Assembly (NCBI GenBank): GCA_031406075.1
Contig: JANOGP010000215.1
Span: 1-57,821 of the forward strand
DNA: 57,821 nt
DNA from: Betaproteobacteria bacterium
GTDB lineage: Bacteria; Pseudomonadota; Gammaproteobacteria; Burkholderiales; JACQAP01
Reading direction: 5' to 3'
Below, piece after piece: positions 24,491-41,297 of the stretch. The notes beneath the pieces are model-generated. The model worked only from the letters and a program-made list of their open reading frames with translations, did no database searches and had not been told where the DNA came from. The stretch's first letter is position 1, and every line of letters begins with the position of its first letter. A program made the translations under genes and the position numbers.

Positions 24491-25078
24491 GTGACCGGCG
24501 TCATCCTCGCGGGTGGCCAGGGCCGCCGCATGGGCGGCGTGGACAAGGGCCTGCAGTTACTGAACGGCCGGCCGATGGCGGCGCGGGTGCTGGCGCGGCT
24601 GGCGCCGCAAGTCGATGAAGTCCTGATCAACGCCAATCAGAACCTGGAGCGCTATGCGTTGCTCGGCTGCCGCGTGGTGCCGGACCAACTCGGCGGATTC
24701 GCCGGACCATTGGCCGGATTGCATTGCGGCCTTTCGGAGGCGCGCCACGAACTTGTCGCCACGGTCCCCTGCGATTCGCCCTTCCTGCCCGAAGATCTGG
24801 TCGCGCGGCTCACGGCATCACTGCACGACGCGAGCGTGGATCTGGCTGTGGCAAAGACCGGATCCCAGCCGCACCCGGTGTTCTGCGTGGCCAGACGCCG
24901 ACTGCTGCCCCACCTGTCCGCATTTCTGCAATCCGGCGGCCGAAAAATCGACGCGTGGTACGCAACGCTGCAAGTTGTGGAAGTGGCGTTCGATGACGAA
25001 GCTGCGGCATTCAGCAACATCAACACCGCCGAGGAATTGCGCTCCGCAGAGTCCGGTCAGCGTTTGCCGGGGGAATAA
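24491..25078 (+). CDS. mobA: Molybdenum cofactor guanylyltransferase MobA
   Basis: (V)[19 protein letters not shown]...G.P motif and ..VPCDSPFLP... The GTG at 24491 gives about 195 aa. Upstream in-frame sequence is the repeat element, so the exact start is uncertain. Confidence 0.8.
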   Translation: MTGVILAGGQGRRMGGVDKGLQLLNGRPMAARVLARLAPQVDEVLINANQNLERYALLGCRVVPDQLGGFAGPLAGLHCGLSEARHELVATVPCDSPFLPEDLVARLTASLHDASVDLAVAKTGSQPHPVFCVARRRLLPHLSAFLQSGGRKIDAWYATLQVVEVAFDDEAAAFSNINTAEELRSAESGQRLPGE

Positions 25079-25365
25079 CCCGCAGACGCGGGCGCCTGCT
25101 GCAGGATCTGGAAGAACAGTTCGTCCTGCTTGACCATGCCGAGATCGGATCGCGCGCGCTCCTCGATCGCGTCGTAGCCCTGCTTGAGGTCAAGGACTTC
25201 GGCATCGAGCGCTGCATTGCGCACGACCAGCCGCGTATTCGTGTCGCGCTGCGCGTCGACCTGGCGGTCGAGTTCCCAGACACGCAGCCAACCGCCTTTG
25301 CCGAACCACATGGGGTTCTGTATCAGCGCGATCAGCAGGACCAGTGAAAGGGTGAGAAAGCGCAT
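25057..25365 (-). CDS. ftsB: Cell division protein FtsB
   Basis: 102 aa. N-terminal TM helix, then a coiled coil (..[44 protein letters not shown]). Confidence 0.85.
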   Translation of the reverse strand: MRFLTLSLVLLIALIQNPMWFGKGGWLRVWELDRQVDAQRDTNTRLVVRNAALDAEVLDLKQGYDAIEERARSDLGMVKQDELFFQILQQAPASAGYSPGKR

Positions 25366-25368
25366 CGG

Positions 25369-27538
<2,170 letters not shown>

Positions 27539-27545
27539 GCCAACC

Positions 27546-27677
27546 TCATTTGCGCGGGCCCCTCACGAGCGCTTCCGCGGTCGCATCCCCAAGGGGGCCC
27601 CTGCTCTGCGCTGCAGCGCTCCCCGCAATTAAGAATAGTGGCCGGTCAAGGCCGACTTCCAAGCCGCAGAGCTTCAT
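27546..27677 (-). pseudogene. Remnant 5' end of a diverged kdsA allele (19 homologous codons) fused to 24 unrelated codons; forms a 43-codon upstream ORF
   Basis: MKLCGLEVGLDRPLFLIAG matches Kds[20 protein letters not shown] at 16 of 19 residues and 43 of 57 nt, mostly with synonymous differences. The ATG lies 1 nt after the pyrG stop. Its own TGA overlaps the kdsA SD. Confidence 0.6.
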
Positions 27678-27678
27678 G

Positions 27679-31826
<4,148 letters not shown>

Positions 31827-31880
31827 TCTGTTGTCCAGGGCAGTTAAAGTTGAAAAAGTGTTATTTTACCGGCTCATTCA

Positions 31881-32723
31881 TTGCATGTGCACACGACGAT
31901 GATGTCTCCCAGACGCACCGCATTTTTTGTCTCGGACCGCACCGGGATCACTGCCGAAATGCTCGGACACAGTCTGCTTACCCAGTTCGACCGCGTTTCG
32001 TTCACGGAGATTACGCTTCCATTCGTGGATTCGCTGCAGAAGGCAGAGGACGCGGTACGCCAGATTGACCAGACCGCCGAGAAGGACGGTGCCCGTCCGC
32101 TGGTATTCAGCACACTGGTGGATCAGGACATGCGCAGCGCCATCCAGCAAGCGAACGCCTTTTACATCGACTGCTTCCAGGTATTCATCCAGCCGATGGA
32201 AGAGGAACTGGGGGTGCAATCTTCCCACACGGTCGGCAAGTCGCACAGTGTGCGCAGCAACGAGTATTTCGGCCGCATCGAAGCCGTGAACTTCGCCCTG
32301 GCCCACGACGACGGCCAGAGCACCAAGGATCTCGCCAACGCCGATGTGATTCTGGTGGGCGTTTCCCGCTGCGGCAAGACGCCGACCTGCCTGTACCTGG
32401 CGTTGCAGTTCGGCATTCGCGCCGCCAACTATCCGTTGATTCCGGAGGACTTCGACACCAAGGCCCTGCCGGCGGCGATTCGCGACTTCCGCGGCAAACT
32501 GTTCGGCCTGACCATCAGGCCCGACCGCCTGCAGCGCATCCGCAACGAACGCCGTCCTGGCAGCACATACGCAAGCCTGGACAATTGCGAGCGTGAATTG
32601 CGGGAGGCCGAACGGCTGATGCGCCAGGAGGGCATTTTCATCCTCGACACCACGTCGCGCTCGATCGAGGAACTGGCCACGACAATTCTGCAGAAGACCA
32701 ACCTGCAGCGGCACGTCTACTGA
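31881..32723 (+). CDS. ppsR: PEP synthase regulatory protein (bifunctional kinase / pyrophosphorylase, DUF299)
   Basis: ..[20 protein letters not shown].. and ..[16 protein letters not shown].. P-loop. Divergent from ppsA. The exact start among the first Met codons is uncertain. Confidence 0.9.
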   Translation: MHVHTTMMSPRRTAFFVSDRTGITAEMLGHSLLTQFDRVSFTEITLPFVDSLQKAEDAVRQIDQTAEKDGARPLVFSTLVDQDMRSAIQQANAFYIDCFQVFIQPMEEELGVQSSHTVGKSHSVRSNEYFGRIEAVNFALAHDDGQSTKDLANADVILVGVSRCGKTPTCLYLALQFGIRAANYPLIPEDFDTKALPAAIRDFRGKLFGLTIRPDRLQRIRNERRPGSTYASLDNCERELREAERLMRQEGIFILDTTSRSIEELATTILQKTNLQRHVY

Positions 32724-32729
32724 CAAGGT

Positions 32730-32916
32730 CAAAACCTCCACCGCAAACGCGCAAAGGACGCAAAGAAAATCTACACGGCGAACCACCAAGGCACAAAGAC
32801 ACCAAGGAAAGCAAACAAGATTAGGATCGGGTTTTCTCGGTGCCTTGGTGTCTTGGTGGTTAGATTTTCAGTTCTGTTTTTCTTTGCGTCCTTTGCGTCT
32901 TTGCGGTGAAAGTTTT
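32730..32916. repeat. Nested palindromic element of about 187 bp (core inverted repeats 32739..32908) with 8-9-nt iterated arms, possibly flanked by a 6-bp direct repeat
   Basis: Outer arms CACCGCAAACGCGCAAAGGACGCAAAGAAAA and the reverse complement of the right arm CACCGCAAAGACGCAAAGGACGCAAAGAAAA (29 of 31). Inner arms are built from CACCAAGG/CACAAAGA units. CAAGGT occurs at 32724..32729 and 32917..32922. Confidence 0.75.
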
Positions 32917-33509
32917 CAAGGTTTGGAAAGGCAAAGCGAGCGCACAGGGGCGAAGCTGCGCCGATGCACCGGGGAAACGCCGCAGCGCCTCAGCGCGGCG
33001 AGGTGATCGGCGGTCGGGTAACCCTTGTGCCGGTCAAAGCCGTAGTCGGGGTAGCGCGCGTGCAGCTCAAGCATGAAAGCGTCGCGCCCGGTCTTGGCGA
33101 GAATGGAGGCGGCGGAAATGGCGGCGACCGTGTCGTCGCCGCGCACAACCGCCGTGACCGGAAAACGCAGTTCCGGGCAATGCAGCCCGTCCACCAGCAC
33201 CTGGTCCGGTTCGATGGCGAGTTGCTCCACCGCGCGCCGCATCGCCAGCAGGCTGGCTCTCAGGATATTGTGCGTATCGATTTCCTCCACGGAGGCGCTG
33301 GCGACCGCCCAGGCCGCAGCGCGGCTGCGAATCTGCATCGCCAGTTCGTCCCGGCGTCCGGGCGACAGCTTCTTCGAATCGGCGAGACCGTTTATCGCGT
33401 CGTCTTCGCGCAACACCACGCAAGCCGCGAATACCGGTCCGGCCAGCGGGCCGCGGCCCGCCTCGTCCACTCCGCAGATGAGCAGCCCGGAAATCGCCGC
33501 GGGCCTCAT
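32916..33509 (-). CDS. rnhB: Ribonuclease HII
   Basis: 197 aa with ..[15 protein letters not shown].. and ..DSKKLS..RR.. motifs. Confidence 0.93.
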   Translation of the reverse strand: MRPAAISGLLICGVDEAGRGPLAGPVFAACVVLREDDAINGLADSKKLSPGRRDELAMQIRSRAAAWAVASASVEEIDTHNILRASLLAMRRAVEQLAIEPDQVLVDGLHCPELRFPVTAVVRGDDTVAAISAASILAKTGRDAFMLELHARYPDYGFDRHKGYPTADHLAALRRCGVSPVHRRSFAPVRSLCLSKP

Positions 33510-34720
33510 GCGCCCGCACCTTCGCGCGCGGTGGCGTCCCCGACGCCGGTCCGCGGCTTGTTGGCACCCAACAGCGGCAGAATCGCCTCGACCGCGCGCG
33601 CCGCGCTTCCCTGCTTCAGCACGCGATGAATTTCCAGGAAACGGTGCTCGAGCCGCCTGCGCACTTCCTTGTCGTGCAACTGGTTTACCAGCGCTTGCGC
33701 CAGGTTATCCGGCGTGGCGTCTTCCTGGATTATTTCCGGAACCACGAACTCGCCGGCAAGAATATTCGGCAGCCCGATGTAACGCAACCGCCCCCGCCTG
33801 CGCATGATCCACGCCGACAGCGGCGGCATCTTGTATGTGATTACCATGGGGCGCTTGAGCAACGCTGCTTCCAGAGTGGCCGTGCCGGAGGCCACCAGCA
33901 CCGCGTCGGCCGCGATCATCGCCATGTGCGCGTGCCCGAACAGAATGGTCACAGGCAGTTGATCGGCTCCCTGATGGTAAAGCGCCTCCTCAAAAATCAT
34001 CCGGGTCTCGCGACTCTGCAGTGGCACCAGAAAGTGCACATCCGGCGCCTGCTCGGCGACGAGCTTTGCGGTGGCCGCGAACAGCTCTCCCATCTGCCGC
34101 ACTTCGCTCTGGCGGCTGCCGGGAAGCAATGCCACCACGGGCTGTTTCGGCGACAAGCGCATCTGTTCGCGCGCGGCCTCCTTGTCCGGGTATTCCGGCA
34201 GTTCATCGGCGAGCGGATGGCCGACATAGGCGACCGGGACGCCGGCCTTTTCGTATATCGCCGGTTCGAACGGGAACAGCGCCAGCATCTTTGATACCGC
34301 GCGCTTGATCTTGTGAATGCGCTCGCCGCGCCACGCCCAGATCGATGGACTGGCGTAATGCACTGTAGTGATGCCACGGGAACGCAGGGCAAGCTCGAGA
34401 TCGAGATTGAAATCGGGCGCATCGATGCCGATGAAAAGGTCGGGCGGGTCGGCGAGCAGCCTGCGCCTGAGATCGCTGCGAATGCGCAGCAGTTTGGGCA
34501 GGCTTCCCAGCACCTCCACATAGCCGCGCACCGCCAGCAACTCCATCGGGTACCAGGTGTCCAGCCCCGCCGACTGCATTTTCGGCCCCCCGATGCCAAA
34601 GGCCTCGAGCCGCGGCACGCGTTCGGAGAGCGCCTGCAGCAAATGAGCGCCGAGCGTGTCGCCTGAGGCCTCTCCCGCCACTAAAGCAACGCGGATGGTC
34701 CGGCGGGATAATTCGCTCAT
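33506..34720 (-). CDS. lpxB: Lipid-A-disaccharide synthase
   Basis: Start [28 protein letters not shown].. chosen 13 nt after the lpxA stop. Synteny lpxA-lpxB-rnhB. Confidence 0.92.
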   Translation of the reverse strand: MSELSRRTIRVALVAGEASGDTLGAHLLQALSERVPRLEAFGIGGPKMQSAGLDTWYPMELLAVRGYVEVLGSLPKLLRIRSDLRRRLLADPPDLFIGIDAPDFNLDLELALRSRGITTVHYASPSIWAWRGERIHKIKRAVSKMLALFPFEPAIYEKAGVPVAYVGHPLADELPEYPDKEAAREQMRLSPKQPVVALLPGSRQSEVRQMGELFAATAKLVAEQAPDVHFLVPLQSRETRMIFEEALYHQGADQLPVTILFGHAHMAMIAADAVLVASGTATLEAALLKRPMVITYKMPPLSAWIMRRRGRLRYIGLPNILAGEFVVPEIIQEDATPDNLAQALVNQLHDKEVRRRLEHRFLEIHRVLKQGSAARAVEAILPLLGANKPRTGVGDATAREGAGA

Positions 34721-34733
34721 TGGCAGGCGGGCA

Positions 34734-35504
34734 TTAACGGATGATGCTCCGTTTCGAGGCGTCCAGGAAATCCACGAGGATGCCCAATTCCCCGCAAGTC
34801 GCGGCCTGCTCACGCAAGGCCTGTTTTGCCTCCTCCAGCGGCAGGCCCGATTTGTACAGCGTCTTGTAGGCGCGGCGGATGTTGTTGATGGCCTCAGCGC
34901 CGAATCCGCGCCGGCGCAAGCCTTCAGAATTGATTCCGTGCGGTTCGGCAGTGTTGCCCATCGCCGTCACGTATGGCGGCACATCGGCGAGCACCACCGA
35001 GCCTGCGCCGGTTATTGCGTGCGCCCCGATGCGGCAGAACTGGTGCACGCCCGTCATCCCGCCGACTATCGCGTAGTCACCGACGTGGACATGGCCGCCG
35101 AGTTGAGCGCAGTTGGCGAGAATCGTGTGGCTGCCGACCATGCAGTCGTGGGCCAGATGTACGTAAGCCATGACCCAGTTGTCATCGCCAAGCCGGGTGA
35201 CACCGGCGTCTTGCACGGTCCCTATGTGCAAAGTGCAGAATTCGCGAATGGTGTTGCCGTCGCCGATTTCGAGCGTAGTGGGCTCGTCGGCGTACTTCTT
35301 GTCCTGCGGTATCTCCCCCAGCACCACATGGTGGAAAATGCGATTGTTGGTGCCGATGCGGGTATGTCCCGCGATCACCGTGTACGCGCCGATGTTGGTA
35401 CCCGCGCCGATCTCGACACACGCGCCGATGATGGTGAATGGCCCGATTTCGACGTCCGGCGCGAGTTTTGCGTCCTTGTGGACGATCGCAGTCGGATGGA
35501 TCAC
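34734..35504 (-). CDS. lpxA: Acyl-ACP--UDP-N-acetylglucosamine O-acyltransferase
   Basis: (GTG)[22 protein letters not shown].. with hexapeptide repeats. The GTG overlaps the fabZ stop (GTGA). Confidence 0.92.
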   Translation of the reverse strand: MIHPTAIVHKDAKLAPDVEIGPFTIIGACVEIGAGTNIGAYTVIAGHTRIGTNNRIFHHVVLGEIPQDKKYADEPTTLEIGDGNTIREFCTLHIGTVQDAGVTRLGDDNWVMAYVHLAHDCMVGSHTILANCAQLGGHVHVGDYAIVGGMTGVHQFCRIGAHAITGAGSVVLADVPPYVTAMGNTAEPHGINSEGLRRRGFGAEAINNIRRAYKTLYKSGLPLEEAKQALREQAATCGELGILVDFLDASKRSIIR

Positions 35505-35968
35505 TGACCACCGCTCGCCGGAAGATTGCGCATGGTGCACAACAGTTGCGCTTCGGATACCAGCGTGTCCTCCACCAGCGCTTGCGCCGAAAATTTCCAG
35601 ATGCCGCGCAGATTGCGCAGGATCTGCGCTTTCAGGATCATGCGGTCGCCCGGCAACACCGGTTTCTTGAAGCGCGCATCGTCGATGCCGACGAAGTAGT
35701 ACACGCTGTCGCTGTCGCTCGTGATGTTGAAGGTCTTGAACGCCAGAATCGCGGCTGCCTGCGCCATCGCTTCGACGATCAGCACCCCGGGCATCACCGG
35801 ATGATGGGGAAAGTGGCCGCTGAAGAACGGCTCGTTGATCGTCACGTTCTTCAGCGCCACGATCTCCTTGCCCGGCTCCACCGACAGCACGCGGTCGATC
35901 AGGAGCATCGGGTAGCGATGCGGGAGATGATCCATGATCTGCTGGATTTCCATCGTGTTCACGGTCAT
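35501..35968 (-). CDS. fabZ: 3-hydroxyacyl-ACP dehydratase FabZ
   Basis: ..[37 protein letters not shown].. Confidence 0.95.
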   Translation of the reverse strand: MTVNTMEIQQIMDHLPHRYPMLLIDRVLSVEPGKEIVALKNVTINEPFFSGHFPHHPVMPGVLIVEAMAQAAAILAFKTFNITSDSDSVYYFVGIDDARFKKPVLPGDRMILKAQILRNLRGIWKFSAQALVEDTLVSEAQLLCTMRNLPASGGQ

Positions 35969-37011
35969 TTCCTCTCCATTTTCTTGATTTCGTATTCCAG
36001 CTTGCGGATTCTATCCATCATTTCGCGCAAATGGCGAATCAGCGACGCGTTTTGGAGCCATTCGTCATGCGGCGACATCGGGAAGACCGCGGTGTAAGTA
36101 CCCGGCTTGGCGATCGACTTGGCAACCAGCGTCCCGCCGGAGACGATCACATGGTCGGCGATCGTCAGATGGCCCGAAATCATCGCGCTCCCGCCGAGCT
36201 GGCAGTGACTGCCTATTTGTGTGCTCCCGGCAATGCCGACGCAGCCTGCAATGGCGGTGTGCGCGCCGATGCGACAGTTGTGTCCGATCTGGATCTGGTT
36301 ATCCAGCTTGACGCCTTCCTCGATTACCGTGTCGTCCATCGCTCCGCGGTCAATGGCGGTATTGGCACCCACCTCGACATCGTCGCCGATGACCACGCGG
36401 CCGATCTGCGGGATCTTCAGCCAGCGCCCTTCATCCATTGCCATGCCGAATCCATCCGCACCGATCACCGCCCCGGAATGGATGATGACCCGCTCGCCGA
36501 TCACGCAATCGTGATATACGCTGGCATTGGCGTGCAGGCGTGTGCGCCGGCCAATGCGCACGCCGCGCCCGATGAAACAGTTGGCTCCGATCACAACGTC
36601 ATCGCCGATTTCCACGCCCTCTTCAATCACCGCGCACGCGCCGACCGATGCGGAAGCGGCCACGCGCGCGCCCGCATGCACCACCGCCTGCGGATGAGTC
36701 CCCGGCTGGCGCACGGCCTCCGGATTGACCAGCGCCGCGACGCGCGCGTAGTAGGCATAGGGATTTTTGCAGACGATCCGCGGCAGGGCGGTGGCCTCGC
36801 GCGCATCCTCACCCAGGATCACGGCGCGCGCGCGCGTGGAAGCCAGAAGTTTCTGGTACTTGCGATTGGCAAGAAAGGACAGTTCCTCCGGCCCGGCCGT
36901 TTCCAGAGGCGCCACCTGGCGGATCCGCGTGCCGGCATCGCCGATTACGGTACCGCCAAAGCGCTCGGTCAACTCGGCAAGGCTGAAAGACTTGCGTGCG
37001 TCCCCTGTCAC
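35965..37011 (-). CDS. lpxD: UDP-3-O-acylglucosamine N-acyltransferase
   Basis: 348 aa with hexapeptide repeats. Synteny skp-lpxD-fabZ. Confidence 0.93.
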   Translation of the reverse strand: MTGDARKSFSLAELTERFGGTVIGDAGTRIRQVAPLETAGPEELSFLANRKYQKLLASTRARAVILGEDAREATALPRIVCKNPYAYYARVAALVNPEAVRQPGTHPQAVVHAGARVAASASVGACAVIEEGVEIGDDVVIGANCFIGRGVRIGRRTRLHANASVYHDCVIGERVIIHSGAVIGADGFGMAMDEGRWLKIPQIGRVVIGDDVEVGANTAIDRGAMDDTVIEEGVKLDNQIQIGHNCRIGAHTAIAGCVGIAGSTQIGSHCQLGGSAMISGHLTIADHVIVSGGTLVAKSIAKPGTYTAVFPMSPHDEWLQNASLIRHLREMMDRIRKLEYEIKKMERK

Positions 37012-37094
37012 GTGGGAGCCGCCGTATTGGGTGCTGCCGGACGCGCGGACTCAGGCATCGTTCCTGGAAATGATCGGCCGCACACCGGAAGGTG

Positions 37095-37595
37095 CTACTT
37101 GTCCGCGAGCGCCTTGATAACTTTGTCGGTGATGTCGAGCCGCGGACTCATGTATACCGCTTCCTGAAGGATCAGGTCGAATTTTTCCGCTTCCGCGATC
37201 TGTTGAATCACCTTCTGGGCGCGCTCCAGCACTGACGCCATCTCCTCGTTCCTGCGCAAATTCAGGTCTTCACGAAACTCACGCTGCAGGCGTTGCAATT
37301 CCCGGGTCATGCGCGCCAGCTCCTGCTCCTTGTCGCGACGGTCGGCTTCGCCCATGGTCATCGCTTCCTTCTCCAGGACCGATTGCAGATCGCGCGACTG
37401 CTTGACGAGCTTCTGGATTTCCTGGTCGCGGGGCGCGAACTCCTTTTCGATCTTCTTCAGCGCACGCACCGCGGGTGCGGCCTCCCTGAACACCCGGTCG
37501 GTCTTGATGAAGCCGATTTTCAGCTCGCCCGCGGCAGGCGCGTTCGAGCTCGCCAAAAGCGCCACGACGGCAATCGCAAGCGAGATCTTGTTCAC
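37095..37595 (-). CDS. skp: Periplasmic chaperone Skp/OmpH
   Basis: The GTG start (GGAG SD upstream) gives 166 aa with signal peptide NKISLAIAVVALLASSNAPAAG and a Lys/Glu/Gln-rich coiled coil. Located between bamA and lpxD. Confidence 0.8.
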   Translation of the reverse strand: MNKISLAIAVVALLASSNAPAAGELKIGFIKTDRVFREAAPAVRALKKIEKEFAPRDQEIQKLVKQSRDLQSVLEKEAMTMGEADRRDKEQELARMTRELQRLQREFREDLNLRRNEEMASVLERAQKVIQQIAEAEKFDLILQEAVYMSPRLDITDKVIKALADK

Positions 37596-37651
37596 CTTCC
37601 GTTCTCCTCTGGTCTGTATGGAGCAAGTGCCGCCCGCGCGGGCGCCCCGAA

Positions 37652-39919
37652 TCAAAATACTGTCCCAAACGTGAATTGTATTGGTTCCAGGCGGTCCTCC
37701 GGCTCCGGATTCAGCGCCTTGCCGAAACTCAGTTTCAGCGGCCCTACCGGCGAGAACCAGTTGAACGCCAGGCCGGCGGAGTAGCGCATCTCGCCGAAGT
37801 CGTACTTTTCCCCGACAATACCCGCGTCCACGAAAAAACCCAACCGCACCGACCGGTCTTTGGCGAGGCCCGGAAACGGAAACAGGAACTCGAGATTGCC
37901 AAACAGCAGATGGCTGCCGCCCAGAGCATCCCCGTTCGAGTCCCTCGGCCCGATGGAGGCGGTCTCGTAGCCGCGCACCGAGTTTACTCCCCCCAGATAA
38001 AATACTTTGTAGAAAGGCAGCGGCTTGTTGTCGTATCCGTCCGCGTAACCGATCTGCCCGTTGAAACGCAGTGTGTATTCCCGTGTCAGCGGATGATACC
38101 ACTGATGGTTGAAATTGGTCCGGTAGTAGGTCAGGTCGGCGCCGGGCAACCCCACCTCCGCCGTAATGCGCTGGAGCGTGCCGCTGGTGGTGTAGATCAC
38201 GCTGTCGCGCTTGTCGCGCGCCCAGCCCACGTTTCCAACGATCGCGTCAGTCTCCTCGCCGAATTCGTTTATAAAATCCAAGGCACGCTCCGCTGTGGCC
38301 GGCACCTCTGAAATTTTGGTGCGCTCGTAGGCAAGCCCGTAATTGACCGTGTTGTACTCCGTGACCGGCACGCCGAAGCGCACGCCCGCGCCAAGGGTGG
38401 CCGTGTTGTAGCTCGAGACCGAAAGTGATGATGAATCCACGTCACGCTTGTAGATGTCGAAGCCGCGGCTCACGCCATCGTCGGTGTAGTACGGGTTGGT
38501 ATAGGAAAGCGAGTAATTCTGGTTGACGCTACCGGTGTTTATCTGGAACGACAGCGCGTTTCCGGTGCCGAAGATGTTGTTCTGCGCCACGCCCGCCGAC
38601 AGAATGACATCCTCTGCCGTGGAATAGCCGATGCCGAACGTAAGATTCCCGGTGGCGCGCTCGTTGACTTTGACTTCCACGTCGACCTGGTCGGACGTTC
38701 CGGGTACGCCCGGTGTGTCGATCTGCACCTCGGAAAAGTGGCCGAGCTTGTCGATGCGCTGCTTCGAGCGGGCCAGCTTATCGGTGGAGTACCAGCCGCT
38801 TTCCATTTGCCGCATCTCGCGGCGGATGACCTCGTCCCGGGTATTGGTGTTTCCGCTGATGCCGATGCGCCGCACATAAACGCGGCGGCCGGGGTCGATG
38901 TAGAGCGTGAACGCCACTTCGCTCTTGTCGCGATCGATCTCCGGCACCGGGTTGATGCTGGCAAAGGCATAGCCCTCGTTGCCGAGCCGGTCGCTGATCA
39001 GCTTGGTGGTCTCGGTGAGCCTTTCCCGCGAAAACACATCGCCCTTTTTCAGCTTGATCAGTTTGCGCAGTTCCGCTTCAGGGGCGATCAGTTCGCCGGC
39101 GAGCTTTACGTCGGTAACCGTGAACTTCTTGCCTTCCGTGATATTCACGGTGATGAATATGTCGCGCTTGTCTGGCGTGATCGAGACCTGCGTCGAATCG
39201 ATGGTGAACTCGAGATAACCCTGGTTAAGATAAAAGGTGCGCAGCCCCTCGATGTCACCCTGGAGCTTGGGCTTCGAATACTGGTCGTTCTTGCTGTACC
39301 AAGTGAGCCACCCGGGGGTGCGCAGGACGAATTCGTCGCGCAGCACGTCGTCCTTGAATACGTTGTTGCCGACGATGTTGATCTGGCGGATTTTCGCCAC
39401 CTGCCCTTCGGAGATGTCGAAATTGATCGCTACCCGGTTGCGTTCCAGCGGGGTCACGGTCGTGGTGATGGTGACGCCGTACTTGCCGCGGCCGATGTAC
39501 TGGCTCTTCAGTTCCTGCTCTGCCCGTTCCAGCAGCGCGCGGTCGAAAATCCGTGATTCGGCAAGGCCGATCTGTTTCAGCCCCTCCTTGAGCTGCTTGG
39601 CGTCGATATCCTTGGAACCGGCGATGGAGATCTGCGCGATGGCCGGCCGCTCTTCGACCACGACCACCAGCACGTCACCATCCTGTTCCAGGCGCACGTC
39701 CTTGAAGAAACCGGTCGCGTAGAGCGCTTTGATGGCCGCGGTTGCGCGCACCTGATCCATGGTGTCGCCGACCTTGACGGGCAGGTAGCTGAACACCGTT
39801 CCCGCCTCGGTGCGCTGAATGCCCTCGACGCGGATGTCTTTTACCTGAAAGGGTTCGAAAGCGAGGGCGGATAGGCTGACAAGGCTCGATAAGACCAGAA
39901 ACAGCAGGCGTCTCTTCAT
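37652..39919 (-). CDS. bamA: Outer membrane protein assembly factor BamA
   Basis: 755 aa with signal peptide, POTRA repeats and a C-terminal beta-barrel ending ..FTFGTVF. Confidence 0.95.
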   Translation of the reverse strand: MKRRLLFLVLSSLVSLSALAFEPFQVKDIRVEGIQRTEAGTVFSYLPVKVGDTMDQVRATAAIKALYATGFFKDVRLEQDGDVLVVVVEERPAIAQISIAGSKDIDAKQLKEGLKQIGLAESRIFDRALLERAEQELKSQYIGRGKYGVTITTTVTPLERNRVAINFDISEGQVAKIRQINIVGNNVFKDDVLRDEFVLRTPGWLTWYSKNDQYSKPKLQGDIEGLRTFYLNQGYLEFTIDSTQVSITPDKRDIFITVNITEGKKFTVTDVKLAGELIAPEAELRKLIKLKKGDVFSRERLTETTKLISDRLGNEGYAFASINPVPEIDRDKSEVAFTLYIDPGRRVYVRRIGISGNTNTRDEVIRREMRQMESGWYSTDKLARSKQRIDKLGHFSEVQIDTPGVPGTSDQVDVEVKVNERATGNLTFGIGYSTAEDVILSAGVAQNNIFGTGNALSFQINTGSVNQNYSLSYTNPYYTDDGVSRGFDIYKRDVDSSSLSVSSYNTATLGAGVRFGVPVTEYNTVNYGLAYERTKISEVPATAERALDFINEFGEETDAIVGNVGWARDKRDSVIYTTSGTLQRITAEVGLPGADLTYYRTNFNHQWYHPLTREYTLRFNGQIGYADGYDNKPLPFYKVFYLGGVNSVRGYETASIGPRDSNGDALGGSHLLFGNLEFLFPFPGLAKDRSVRLGFFVDAGIVGEKYDFGEMRYSAGLAFNWFSPVGPLKLSFGKALNPEPEDRLEPIQFTFGTVF

Positions 39920-39925
39920 CCGCTC

Positions 39926-41290
39926 TCAGCCACCGATCAGGCGGTTTATATCGTTATAGATTGCAAACGCCATCAGGCTGAACAACAGAACGATTCCTAG
40001 CTGTTGGCCTATTTCCATCGCCCGGTCCGATACCGGGCTGCCTTTGACAATTTCGGCGACATAATACATGAGGTGTCCGCCATCCAATAACGGCACCGGC
40101 AAGAGATTCAGCACGCCGAGGCTGATGCTGATTAGGGCCAGAAAACTGAGATATGCGAGCCAGCCCATCTGCGCCGACTGGCCGGCGTAATCCGCGATGG
40201 TAATGGGGCCGCTCAGGTTCTTCAGCGATAGCTCGCCAACGATCATCTTTCCGAGCATCTTGAGAGTGAACATGGATACTTCCCAGGTGCGTTCACACGC
40301 TTTCACAAGCGCCGTAACCGGACCGTAACGCACCTCGGTGACCAGTCTTTTAATTTCGGCTTCGTCGACGTGCGGGGCCGCGCCGATGCGGCCCACGGTC
40401 TTGCCGCTTTCGATTTTGGCTTCCGGAGTGACCATTAGCTCGAGCCCCTCATGTGCACGCCTGACACGCATGGTCAGCGCGCGGCCCGCCGCTGTGCTGA
40501 TCGCCGACACCAACTCATCCCAGTGCGCGATCGGCCGGCCGTCCACTTCGACCACTTCGTCTCCCGGTTTCAGTCCGTCGCGCTCGCCTGCGCCGCCCGC
40601 GATCAGGCGGCCGATGATCGGCTTGAGTGGCGGTTGATAGCGGGTAATGCCGACCGACTGCAGCAAATCCCCGTCGAGGTGTTCAGGACCGAGTCCTGAA
40701 AGGTCCAGCCGTCCGAAATTAATGTCGCCGCGTTCACTCTGCAGTTCGATGCGCACCGCTTCCTTACGCAGTGCATTCTCAAGCAGCAACCAGCGTACGT
40801 CCTGCCAGGTGTTGACCTTTGCCCCGCCGATGCGTGTGATCAGGTCCCCGGTGTGAATCCCGGCATGCGCCGCCGGCGTGTCCGGGAGCGGAGCGCCAAC
40901 GACCGGGCGAATCCCCGGCAGACCGTGAACGAAGAGCAGCCAGTAGAGCAGGATCGCCAGCAGGAAATTGGCGACCGGTCCGGCCAGAACGATGGCGAAT
41001 CTCTTGGCTACCGGCTGCACGTTGAAGGCGCGATGGCGCTCCTCCGCCACCACCGGGCCTTCACGCTCGTCCAGCATTTTCACGTAACCGCCGAGCGGAA
41101 ACGCGGCGATCGCCCACTCGGTGCCATCGCGCCCAAGCTTGATCTTCCACAGCGGCGTGCCGAATCCCACCGAAAAACGCAGCACCTTGACGCCGCACAG
41201 CCGTGCGACCAGATAGTGGCCGAATTCGTGAAACACGATCAGCACGCCAAGCGCGACGACAAAAGCGATCAGGGTCGAGAGCAGCGACAT
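39926..41290 (-). CDS. rseP: RIP zinc metalloprotease RseP
   Basis: 454 aa with HEFGHY zinc motif, PDZ region and ..NLLPVPLLDGGH.. Confidence 0.93.
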   Translation of the reverse strand: MSLLSTLIAFVVALGVLIVFHEFGHYLVARLCGVKVLRFSVGFGTPLWKIKLGRDGTEWAIAAFPLGGYVKMLDEREGPVVAEERHRAFNVQPVAKRFAIVLAGPVANFLLAILLYWLLFVHGLPGIRPVVGAPLPDTPAAHAGIHTGDLITRIGGAKVNTWQDVRWLLLENALRKEAVRIELQSERGDINFGRLDLSGLGPEHLDGDLLQSVGITRYQPPLKPIIGRLIAGGAGERDGLKPGDEVVEVDGRPIAHWDELVSAISTAAGRALTMRVRRAHEGLELMVTPEAKIESGKTVGRIGAAPHVDEAEIKRLVTEVRYGPVTALVKACERTWEVSMFTLKMLGKMIVGELSLKNLSGPITIADYAGQSAQMGWLAYLSFLALISISLGVLNLLPVPLLDGGHLMYYVAEIVKGSPVSDRAMEIGQQLGIVLLFSLMAFAIYNDINRLIGG

Positions 41291-41297
41291 CGGCTAT

